This document shows, in pieces, positions 18,079 to 26,097 of a stretch of 64,000 nt of DNA. The stretch is taken from the NCBI GenBank assembly GCA_965263075.1, contig CBDHGI010000006.1, positions 338,929-402,928 of the forward strand, written 5' to 3'. The position numbers and the translations under genes are program-made. The stretch is from Chloroflexota bacterium. GTDB taxonomy: Bacteria > Chloroflexota > UBA11872. The first letter of the stretch is position 1, and every line of letters starts with the position of its first letter. The notes beneath the pieces are model-generated. The model made no database searches. It was not told the origin of the DNA and was given only the letters and a program-made list of their open reading frames with translations.

Positions 18079-18546
18079 GGGGTTACTTGGTGCCGGAGCT
18101 GGATCGCGACTTCGGGCCGGTGGGGGACTGCGAGACGCTGCTGGCGCTGCGGGACAGGCTGGCTGGCCAGACGCTTCTGAACTGGGGCGCGGGGACGCCG
18201 CTCGACCAATGGGCGGGGGTACAGGTCAGCGGCGAGCCGCGGCGGGTGACGGGGGTTGAAGTCTTGGTATCGGCAGGGGGTGCATTGGCACGAGAGCCAC
18301 CGGCTGGTGTTCGGCCGGTTACCACCAGCGATCGGCAACCTGGACCAGTTACAGACGTTGGATCTGTGCTGCAACAAGCTCCTGGGCACATTTCCGCCCG
18401 AGCTTGAGGGCCTGCAGCACCTGCGCGAACTGGATCTGCGGCTTCACGGGGGCGCCCGGCTGGACGGCTGCCTGAGCGCCGGCTTTGTGGAGCAGCTGGA
18501 TGTAGCCGAGGGCCTGTGGGTTTGCGGGCAGGAGAACGGCCCATGA
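18075..18546 (+). pseudogene. Small leucine-rich-repeat protein with a plant-type LRR N-terminal cap, split by a frameshift
   Basis: Frame A (18075-18407) reads LNWGAGTPLDQWAGVQVSGEPRRVTG, which has the LRRNT_2 pattern (C/x-x-W-x-G-V). Frame B (18256-18546) continues with LPPAIGNLDQLQTLDLCCNKLLGTFPPELEGLQHLRELDL, consecutive LRR units. The frame switch lies at about 18262-18310. Confidence 0.5.
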
Positions 18547-18639
18547 GGTACCCGTGCGTCCCGGGACGCGAGAGCTGGCGAAGCGTGGCGACCGCTTCGG
18601 GGCGGCTGTGCCGCGGGCCATGGAGAGGACTCTTACAGG

Positions 18640-18820
18640 TGGCCGAATCGCTCGGCATCGGCTTGGGAGTGGCCCCTAGGCATTTCACCCTCACCCCAGC
18701 CCTCACCTTCAAGGGCGAGGGAGAAAGAGACGCCCCAGGGGGCGCGGGCGTGGGTGTCCACCCTGTGTCCAGTCTGGACACCCTTTAGGGAGAGGGAGTC
18801 GGAGAGACCTGGCGGCGGGG
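18640..18820. repeat. Intergenic repeat element, copy A (Pu/Py-rich; shares CCCTCACCCC and CGGAGAGAC with copy B at 22.6-22.9 kb)
   Basis: CCCTCACCCC at 18688-18697 and CGGAGAGAC at 18800-18808; AGGGCGAGGGAGAAAGAGAC and TAGGGAGAGGGAG blocks; lies in a convergent intergenic region. Confidence 0.4.
18754..18783. terminator. GC-rich hairpin between convergent genes
   Basis: gggtgtcca-ccc-tgtgtccag-t-ctggacaccc forms an 8-bp stem (gtgtccag/ctggacac), with an alternative pairing to the upstream direct copy. No clear U-tract. Confidence 0.35.
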
Positions 18821-18821
18821 G

Positions 18822-20249
18822 TTAGCGCCGGCGGGCTACGTAGTCGCCGCCTTTTTGGACGGCGGTTAGGTAGGGGGTGCAGCCGGGGCGGTCTTTGAAC
18901 TCGGCGAACTGGGCGGGGATCTCGCCGCCGGCGTCGGCGATCGCTAGGCCGATGAGTTCTTCGACGACTTCGGGGTGGTCTTCGGCCACGTTGATGCGGA
19001 GCATCTCGTCGTCGGGCAGGCGGTGCAGCAGGGGCGCCTCGCCCCAGATGGTGGCGTTGCACCACCAGTCGTCGGTGACGACGGTCATAAGCGGACCCCA
19101 GCCGATGCTGACGTGGGAGCGGTGGGACGGCAGGTTCTCGCGTAGGGCAGGGCCAATGTCCCGACCTTCCGTGGGCCCCTCGACGCCACCTGTTGCCAGC
19201 ACGGTGGCGGCGATGTCGGTGTTGGTGACGAGGCCGTCGTAGGTCTCACCGGCGCGGGCGCGGTCCGGGTAGCGGACCAGCAGCACGAGGTCGGCCACGG
19301 CGCGTGTGAGCGGGTGGCCCTGCTTGCTGATCAGGCCCTTGTCATCGGGATAGCGCAGGTTGTGGCCATGGTCGGAGGCCACGATGACGACGGTGTCGTC
19401 CGCGTGACCGGAGAGTTCGAGCTGTTCCATGAAGTGGCCGAACCAACGGTCACAAAGAGTCACCTCACCGGCGTAGTTGGCCTGAACGCGCTTGACCTCG
19501 CGCTCGGTGAGCACGCCCGCGTTCGGGGCGTACAGGGACTGGATGATGTCGGTGACGTCGTCGTCCGGGTCGTAGAGGCGGCGGTAGCTGACGGGCGGCT
19601 CCCAGGGTTCGTGGGGGTCGAATGAATCGACGACCAGGAAGAAGCTGTCGGCGTCGCCGTTGTCGTAGAGCCAGCGGGCGGCGTCGTTAAACAGTCGGGC
19701 CGGGTAGTAGTCGGCCTCTTCGCGACGAAACAGGTTGTTGGTGAGGTACTGCGTGAAGAAGTCGCGCCTTTGATGCGCTTCGGGAAGCCGCTCGGGCACA
19801 TGGCGGCGGATGGCGTCGGGCGGCAGGGCGGGACCGGAGCGGAAGCGGTCGGTCTCCTGGCCACGAATCCACTGCCATTCGCTGAAGCCGCGGTGGAAGT
19901 TCTTGCTGGGTTTGAACTGGTGGTAGCAGTCGGTGAAAAGCGCGGTGCGATAGCCGGCGTCCAGGAGCAGTTCGGAGACGGTGTCCTGTTCCTCGGGGAT
20001 CGGCCCCCAGCCGGGCGCGCCGGAGAAGTCGCCCTTGTAGTCGCGGTGACCGATGTAAGGGAATGTGCGCTGACCGGTGTGCAGGGCGCGGCGGAACGGA
20101 AGGGTTGGCAATGCTTCGGGGAAGGCGCGCGTGCAGCGGATGCTCTGGGACGCAAATGCGTCGAAGTTCGGCGTGCGGATCCAGTCGTTGCCGTAGGCGC
20201 CCAGGTGGTCTTTGCGGAGGGTGTCGAAGACGACGAGTACGACGTTCAT
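18822..20249 (-). CDS. Sulfatase (arylsulfatase family)
   Basis: MNVVLVVFDTLRKDHLGAYGN and ASDHGH sulfatase signatures; 475 aa. Confidence 0.85.
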   Translation of the reverse strand: MNVVLVVFDTLRKDHLGAYGNDWIRTPNFDAFASQSIRCTRAFPEALPTLPFRRALHTGQRTFPYIGHRDYKGDFSGAPGWGPIPEEQDTVSELLLDAGYRTALFTDCYHQFKPSKNFHRGFSEWQWIRGQETDRFRSGPALPPDAIRRHVPERLPEAHQRRDFFTQYLTNNLFRREEADYYPARLFNDAARWLYDNGDADSFFLVVDSFDPHEPWEPPVSYRRLYDPDDDVTDIIQSLYAPNAGVLTEREVKRVQANYAGEVTLCDRWFGHFMEQLELSGHADDTVVIVASDHGHNLRYPDDKGLISKQGHPLTRAVADLVLLVRYPDRARAGETYDGLVTNTDIAATVLATGGVEGPTEGRDIGPALRENLPSHRSHVSIGWGPLMTVVTDDWWCNATIWGEAPLLHRLPDDEMLRINVAEDHPEVVEELIGLAIADAGGEIPAQFAEFKDRPGCTPYLTAVQKGGDYVARRR

Positions 20250-20339
20250 GGACTGGATCTCCCTGCTTTCTGGCCTAGGGAATGCTGCGTCCGCTGGTAT
20301 CGAGCGTCAACCGGAGAGCAACGGCGGTGGGCTGAGCCT

Positions 20340-21191
20340 CTACCAGGGCACGTCCATTGGGACTCCCCGCTTGGCGGCCGCCGGTTGAAGGATGCCGCGG
20401 ATCTCGGGCGTTACGGGCGACACCATGTAACCGTGTTGGAGGTCGCCAATGACCGTCACGTCGTTGCGCGGTGCTCGGCGCCAAAGCAATGCAACGATCA
20501 GGCAAATCGCCGCGTCAAGACAATCCTGATCGCTCTTGGTCGGCTTGCGCGATCGAGCTTGGTCCGTGGCCCACTTGGACAGGCGGGCAAGCCCCAGCGA
20601 CTCGGCGTGACGGCTGACGGACCTAGCGACCAACTGCCAGTCTGCAAGTGAGAACTTTCGACGGTTTGCGGGGTTGTAACGTGCGGCGCGTTTGCGTTCG
20701 AGGATTGCAGGCTCCAACGCGGGTAGGGCGAGGGCCGGAAAGACTTCCATCAGGTGCAGACCGTCGTTCGCCGCCCGGGCCTGGGACGGGTTTTGGAGCG
20801 CGTCGAGCGGTTCGAGGAATCGCCAGATTGGAGCGTTAGGACCGAACATCGCAACCTTGCTGGAGATCACTCTGTCGCTGCTGGTCTTCCCACGGTTGGC
20901 GGGTTGTACTCCGCCGCCGAGCTTTGAGATCAGCGAGGCCGCAACGCGCTCGACGGGTCGCATGCCGGTCTGATTCGGAACGACGGTTGGCTGGTCGACC
21001 GCGACTAGAACGTAGTCGCATGTGGCCTGGAGATCCCTAACGACTTGCGCTGCTTCGTCAAAGTGAGCTGGGCGCGGAAGCTGGGGCTCCTCGTGCCGGC
21101 CCTCCACTGACGTCACCCAGGCGATTCCGCCGGGAGACTTTCCCGCCCAAGCCGAATCGAAGCCGACGAACGCCTCGCGCTTCGCGCTCAC
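20340..21191 (-). CDS. Hypothetical protein, DUF429-like (predicted RNase H-fold nuclease)
   Basis: N-terminus FVGFDSAWAGKSPGGIAWV resembles the DUF429 GIDAAWT...NPSG start; 283 aa. Confidence 0.5.
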   Translation of the reverse strand: MSAKREAFVGFDSAWAGKSPGGIAWVTSVEGRHEEPQLPRPAHFDEAAQVVRDLQATCDYVLVAVDQPTVVPNQTGMRPVERVAASLISKLGGGVQPANRGKTSSDRVISSKVAMFGPNAPIWRFLEPLDALQNPSQARAANDGLHLMEVFPALALPALEPAILERKRAARYNPANRRKFSLADWQLVARSVSRHAESLGLARLSKWATDQARSRKPTKSDQDCLDAAICLIVALLWRRAPRNDVTVIGDLQHGYMVSPVTPEIRGILQPAAAKRGVPMDVPW

Positions 21192-21400
21192 GGCACTACC
21201 AGCCTCGGTGGGCGGACGTGCGGTCAGACCTGCCGTATGACGTCAACCGGTTCGCCTCACAGAGCCGAGCTGAGCAGATCAGTTGCATGTCGCTCAATCT
21301 ACAGTCTGGTCCAGGTGCTTGGTGGAAGCCGCCGGCGCTTGGCGGCGGTGCGTTTGCTACGGTGCCGGACCAACGGTGAGTCGTCCGATGGGGAGTTGCC

Positions 21401-22582
21401 ATGACTACGTACCGAGTCGGGTTTCTGGGCGTGGGGCCGCGGGGGTTGAGCCAGGCGCGGGCGTACATGCTGCATCCGCGGGTGGAGATTGCGGCGCTGT
21501 GCGACGTGGATCCGGAGCGGCTGGGCGCGGCGGCCGCGGAGTTCGGGGTGGAACGAACGTACTCCGACTATCGGGCGATGCTGGACGAGGAAAACCTGGA
21601 CATCGTCAACATTCCGACGCGGACGGACCTGCACGCGCCGTTGACGATCGGGGTGCTGGAGCACAGGGCGCCGAAGGCCGTGATCGTCGAGAAGCCGATG
21701 GCGACCAGCCTTACCGACGCCGACCGCATGCAGGAGCTGGCGGAGGCCAACGGGACACGGCTGGCGATTCACCACCAGATGCGGACGACGCCGACGTTCA
21801 AGGTGGCCGACCGGCTGGTCAACGCGGGCGAGATCGGGCCGTTGACGACGATCAAGATTCGCGGCAAGGGCTACTACGGCGGCTACGACATGCTGAACAT
21901 CGGCACGCACATGCTGAACGGCACGCGCCGCTTCGCGGGCAACGCGCGCAGCGTGGTCGCGATGTGCCGGACCGGAGGGCGTCCAACCACGGCCGCGGAC
22001 ATTGTCGAAGGTTCCTACGGATTCGGTCTGCTGGCAGGCGAGGAAATTTCGGCGCTCTATGAGTTCGAAAACGGCCTGACGGCCTTCGCCGAAATGCACC
22101 GCCGCAGCGAGCCGGGCAGCGGCTGGGTGCACATCAAGATCTACGGCGAAGATGGCGCGCTGTGCCTGTACAACTCGCGCGAGCTCTTTGTTCGACGCGG
22201 GCGCGACGAGGTGGTGGGCGACGTGCCCTGGGAGAAGTACGAGCTTTCGGACTCCGAGCGGTTCCTGCACGGGCACGACTACTACGACCACGTCGGAGGC
22301 GATCTGTGGATGGCCGAGGAGACGGTTCGGGCGCTTGACGAGGACCGTGAACACGAGTGCGGCGGCATGGAAGGTCTTTCCGTGATGGAGATGATGGATG
22401 GTGCCTGGATCTCGCACTTCAGCCGGTCGCGGGTGGACTTTCCGCTGGAACGGGGCGAGCACCCGCTGCGGGCCGAGCTGGCTAAGGCGGGATTGTCGGA
22501 GCCAGACCCGGAGCGGGGGAAGTTGCGGTACGGGGATTGGTTGCCGGGAGAGTTGGCGAGGATCGAGGCGACTGGCGGATAG
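21401..22582 (+). CDS. Gfo/Idh/MocA-family oxidoreductase
   Basis: MTTYRVGFLGVGPRGLSQARAY Rossmann N-terminus; 393 aa. Confidence 0.8.
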   Translation: MTTYRVGFLGVGPRGLSQARAYMLHPRVEIAALCDVDPERLGAAAAEFGVERTYSDYRAMLDEENLDIVNIPTRTDLHAPLTIGVLEHRAPKAVIVEKPMATSLTDADRMQELAEANGTRLAIHHQMRTTPTFKVADRLVNAGEIGPLTTIKIRGKGYYGGYDMLNIGTHMLNGTRRFAGNARSVVAMCRTGGRPTTAADIVEGSYGFGLLAGEEISALYEFENGLTAFAEMHRRSEPGSGWVHIKIYGEDGALCLYNSRELFVRRGRDEVVGDVPWEKYELSDSERFLHGHDYYDHVGGDLWMAEETVRALDEDREHECGGMEGLSVMEMMDGAWISHFSRSRVDFPLERGEHPLRAELAKAGLSEPDPERGKLRYGDWLPGELARIEATGG

Positions 22583-22599
22583 TTCGCCGCCTTTCACGC

Positions 22600-22900
22600 C
22601 GGCACTTTCCTTATCCGAGGAAGGTGAATAAGGAGAGAACCGAGCTAGCGCGTGGCGCCTCGACCGGAAGACTCCCCACCCGAAGGAGAGGAGTGAGCGG
22701 AGAGACGTGAGGGGTGAGAGGGACAGGACGGTGGGGATGAGCTGGGGTTGGTTGCTCGGAAGACCCCTCACCCCCGGATCGAGTCCGGGGCAGGTTCTGC
22801 CTCTCCCCCAGGAGAGGTGAAAGGCGGCTCTCCCTGCGGACCTCTCCACTCCCGTTGACACCTGGGCTCGGGGGGAGCCGCCGGAGCCGACGTTGATTCT
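22600..22900. repeat. Intergenic repeat element, copy B: about 300-bp structured purine/pyrimidine-rich region between convergent genes
   Basis: Direct repeats CGGAAGAC(T/C)CC(C/T)CACCCC at about 22667 and 22757; CGGAGAGAC at 22698-22706; CCCTCACCCC at 22765-22774; inverted GTGAGGGGTGAGAGGG vs CCCTCACCCCC; CCTCTCCCCCAGGAGAGG hairpin. No ORF. Confidence 0.45.
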
Positions 22901-22910
22901 TGAACTGCCG

Positions 22911-23282
22911 CTACTCCGTGGCCTGGATAGCGACGCGTCCGCCTTTCCTGACGTCAATGCTCAGGTTATGGCTGTCGAGCAGGGACATGCCTACAAGAGG
23001 GTCTACGCCAACAGCCCCGGTCTCGACGTATCTCGATTGGCCGTTCCACAACACGGTGACGCCGTAAACGTCAAAGGCGGTCTCGCTGCCGTCGGCCAGA
23101 ACCGCCTCGCCATCACCCACGACAGGCAGGCCCAAGTCCGCCACCAGCATCGGCGGCAAGGTCAGGTAGCCGTTGAAGCCAGTATCAATCACGGCGTCGA
23201 CTTCCAGCGTCCGCCCCGCTGGGCCTTGCAAGGGAAGGGTTACGACGGCTTCGAGATTGGAGTTCACGAAGCCCTCGATCAC
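22911..23282 (-). CDS. Retropepsin-like clan AA aspartic protease (DTGF-type, TIGR03698-like)
   Basis: 123 aa with the active-site motif VIDTGFNGYLTLP (D-T-G-F), preceded by a hydrophobic beta region. It overlaps the upstream gene by 4 bp. Confidence 0.7.
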   Translation of the reverse strand: MIEGFVNSNLEAVVTLPLQGPAGRTLEVDAVIDTGFNGYLTLPPMLVADLGLPVVGDGEAVLADGSETAFDVYGVTVLWNGQSRYVETGAVGVDPLVGMSLLDSHNLSIDVRKGGRVAIQATE

Positions 23283-23590
23283 CCGGATCTCCGCAGGGAG
23301 CCGCCGCCGAAGTGATATAGCGTCCGGTGTCCGACCCGCATCAGCCAGATTTGGGCGTTCGGGCGCTGGTTGCGCAGACTGTCGGATGCGGCAATGGCAT
23401 TGGCGCCGAGGGCGTAGTCCCCGCTGTCCACGTCAATGGCGACGACCTCGCCAACATGGCCGGCCTCCACCTGCCGCTGGATGTCTCGCTGGTATATCGC
23501 CTTGCCCAAGCGGGCGATCTCATCCCGCGGGCGGCGTGGGGCGGTGGGCCGTGCCGCGTGCGCCGGCGTCGGGGTGTCCGAGTTTCTCAT
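23279..23590 (-). CDS. Small hypothetical protein translationally coupled to the retropepsin-like protease
   Basis: The ATG at 23590 (MRNSDTPTP...) is the first in-frame ATG within the listed ORF. The protein-like region is EIARLGKAIYQRDIQRQVEAGHVGEVVAIDVDSGDYALGANAIAASDSL. Its stop overlaps the protease start by 4 nt. Confidence 0.5.
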   Translation of the reverse strand: MRNSDTPTPAHAARPTAPRRPRDEIARLGKAIYQRDIQRQVEAGHVGEVVAIDVDSGDYALGANAIAASDSLRNQRPNAQIWLMRVGHRTLYHFGGGSLRRSG

Positions 23591-24059
23591 CCGTTCCCGT
23601 TTCAATGGCGCACTTCCATGGCGGCATCCTACCGACTTGCGGGAGGAACGACGGGCGAGCACTGCTGGGGGCCCACACCCTGAAAATCCTGGCCTTAGAC
23701 GCTGATCGGGTGGCCCTGCATGGGCTTCTGGGACCAACCGGTCCGTTGCACCCAATTTCCGACGCCGGGGCCGCGCGGTCGTTCGCGCCGTGGCCATGCG
23801 ACGCAGACAACGGGCGGATCAGTCCCCATTAGGTCTATGCGGGCTCAGGCGGCCCGTACGCCGATGGTAGCAGCCTCGCGACCCATGCCCTCACCCGCTG
23901 ACCCTAGCCATTCAGGACCGGACCTGTGACGCAATGCGGCGACAGGTGGGTTCAACCGACACTCAATGGCGAGGGTCAGCGGGTGAAGTTGCGCGCTGGA
24001 TTTACTAAATCTTGTACGATTACTCGCCTTGACCGTATACGTCAACACAGGAGATTGAA

Positions 24060-24128
24060 ATGGACTGGACTGCTATCTTCACTTCGGTAGTAACGGCGAC
24101 AGTCACAACGATTGCACTACGATTGTGA
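24060..24128 (+). CDS. Candidate 22-aa hydrophobic small peptide (MDWTAIFTSVVTATVTTIALRL)
   Basis: An ATG 7 nt downstream of AGGAG (acacAGGAGattgaaATG), inside the low-GC insert; the peptide is a single predicted TM helix. Too short for the ORF track. Confidence 0.35.
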   Translation: MDWTAIFTSVVTATVTTIALRL

Positions 24129-24175
24129 TTCCTCTTCTTCCGAATTCTCGTGAATCGTCATCCCGCCAACCTATT

Positions 24176-24547
24176 TCATGCAGGATACTTTTCTTGCCGA
24201 AGCTTCTCTATTAGCTCATCAGCCTTTCCTCTTTCGTATACTTGCGAATAAAAGCCAAGCGCTAAATCTACGACTTCTTGTACGTGCTTGGGCTGCGTTC
24301 CTTGGGATGCTGGCTTTAGACCTCCATCTTTGGTCGTCGCAAGCATAATAGGTGCAAAAACTCTTCCTTCAATTACATCAGTGCCTGCAAGTCGAGCCAA
24401 GTCCATAGTGAACTTCAGAACGTTGCGAGTCGCCCGTTTGGCAATCCAGGAGTCATTTGTCGCTAAAGCCCGCTGAAGCTTTGTTCGTATAAGGTTCGCA
24501 ACATCATCATAGGTGTATTCCGGTCGGGATGTGTCGTGATTCATCAA
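24176..24547 (-). CDS. Hypothetical protein (orphan, low-GC codon usage)
   Basis: 123 aa with balanced protein-like composition (MMNHDTSRPEYTYDDVANLIRTKLQRAL...) and a GAAGGG RBS. Its GC is far below the window mean. Confidence 0.55.
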   Translation of the reverse strand: MMNHDTSRPEYTYDDVANLIRTKLQRALATNDSWIAKRATRNVLKFTMDLARLAGTDVIEGRVFAPIMLATTKDGGLKPASQGTQPKHVQEVVDLALGFYSQVYERGKADELIEKLRQEKYPA

Positions 24548-24632
24548 AGACCCTTCTGTAGCCTATAACTCCATTAACGCTAAGCCATGTTCGGCTAGTC
24601 GTCAACTGAAAGAGTGGGCCATTCTGCCCGGC

Positions 24633-25500
24633 CTACTCTTCCTTTTCAGTCTCCGGCATCTTCGGGACGTGTGGCAATGTGTGAGGCGGGGTCATCAGCA
24701 CCGCCGTCAGAAAGCAGTCGAACGCTTCCTCGCTGACTCCCTTGCTTTCCTCCCGGTCGCCGTCTCGTGCGCCCTTGGCTGTGGGTCGTCCGGTGGGCGC
24801 TTGCCCTGTTCGTCGCCACCCGTTGCCTCGGATAGCCTGTCGTTGCCCATTCTTCAAGTCCTCATAGCTGAGGCGGGTGCCGTTGACGTGTCGCAAGAAT
24901 ACATCAATTCGATCTCCTTCCGACAGGCGGCGAAGTTTCCACCGCAGTGCAAACTCCCGTAGGTACAGGTCAAAGTGCTTGTCCGACCAAACGTGGTAGA
25001 CGCCTTTGTGCGCTCGCTTCAGAATTGCCCAAAAGGATTCAATAGTTTGCTTATGTACGTCACCGTTGACATATTCGCCAATATTGTGATTCACTTTGCG
25101 GTGTGCATAATTGTTCATCTTATTATACGAAGGAAGGTAGTCTGTATAGACACGCGAGCCGCGGTAGACCCTTTTCCTAATAAGTCCCTGTAGAACGCTG
25201 CGCCACGGCTCGGAACACGTTCTGTAATTAGATCACCGTTTCGCTCAGCCGTACCCACCACGATTTGAAAGCCGTCTTGGCAATTTGCAAATCTCTTTTT
25301 GTGTGTCGTCGCCTGTTGCTTCAACCGACAAACGCCTCATCGACTTCAATAACGCCTCGCAGGATTTCGACGGCCATGTTATCTGCCACGTGCCGTAAGC
25401 GGGATAACATAAACCATGCGGTCTCCTGGTGTATGCCAGTGGTATACTGTGAAGGCGATGAGACAGCGTCCGAAAATCCATGAGTTTCAGTTGGTGCATC
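24633..25500 (-). mobile_element. IS1595-family transposase remnant (pseudogene: 5'-truncated, at least two frameshifts and one in-frame stop)
   Basis: Three frames together read AWFMLSRLRHVADNMAVEILRGVIEVDEAFVG* / LKQQATTHKKRFANCQDGFQIVVGTAERNGDLITERVPSRGAA / SVLQGLIRKRVYRGSRVYTDYLPSYNKMNNYAHRKVNHNIGEYVNGDVHKQTIESFWAILKRAHKGVYHVWSDKHFDLYLREFALRW. These match the IS1595 DDE domain (VEVDETYIGG...VERGG...TD...Y...H..VNH..GEYV.G.VHTNTIE.FW). The zinc-ribbon N-terminus is missing where GC returns to high at about 25500. Confidence 0.75.
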
Positions 25501-25722
25501 AAGCCGGTTGGTCCCGGCTTCTGGTCGGGTGAGTCTCGAGGCGGAGTCTGGGGAGTGACGCTGGTGGTTCGAGGGGCGTGAGGAGTCGGGAGTGATGGCG
25601 AGTTGGCTCGGGCAGGTCGTTCGCGGTTGGGCGGGCCGGTCACGAACGGGGCGCCTGGGGACGGGGATTGGCGTGTGGTCGGGTCTGTTGCCAGGGGGCG
25701 GTGGGGCGCCTAGGGTTTGGGT

Positions 25723-26097
25723 TTGGAGACGACTTTTGACATCGAACCCACACTGATGCGTCGGGCGCGCGACGAGGCGGCGCGCCGGGGGATCTCGGTG
25801 TCCGAGCTAGTGGCGGCGGGCTTGTGGCACGTGCTGGAGACCGAGGCTGCGGATACGGACGCGCCGGAGCCGAGAGTTGCCGAGGAATAGATGACCAAGG
25901 TATTGCCGCCGCTGCCCACCTGCAAGGGCGGTGGCTTTGTCGCGGATGTGGCGGACCGCAAGGCACTGGAAAGAGCAATGGCCGCGAACGACAACGACGG
26001 GGCATTGCCTCCGTTGCCGACGTGGCACGGTGGTGGTCCGGCGCTGGTGGATGTTGCCGACCGTCGGAAGCTCTACGAGGTGCTGGACGCCGACTGA
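25723..26097 (+). pseudogene. RHH (CopG-like) VapB-type antitoxin interrupted by an in-frame TAG (25888-25890), with a tandemly duplicated C-terminal toxin-binding motif
   Basis: N-terminal part TTFDIEPTLMRRARDEAARRGISVSELVAAGLWHVLE is a ribbon-helix-helix. The TAG is followed in frame by ATG and two copies of LPPLPTxxGGGxxxVDVADRxxL (compare the LP.F.GGG..GVDL.SN.AL..LD tails of RHH VapB antitoxins). It is translationally coupled to the PIN fragment. Confidence 0.55.

Noticed and set aside
22583-22910. Riboswitch or ncRNA gene call for the structured repeat region
   Set aside because: It matches no riboswitch consensus I can recognise. It lies 3' of both flanking genes, and similar motifs recur at a second convergent intergenic site. 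I therefore report it as a repeat element rather than a named ncRNA.
21299-22957. 552-aa minus-strand ORF
   Set aside because: It is antisense to the well-supported Gfo/Idh/MocA gene (21401-22582), and its R/P/H-rich composition is unlike a real protein.
23591-23797. Upstream extension of the retropepsin partner ORF (to 23797)
   Set aside because: The extension is Arg/Pro/Ala-rich low-complexity sequence. The ATG at 23590 is a more plausible start, although the true start remains uncertain.
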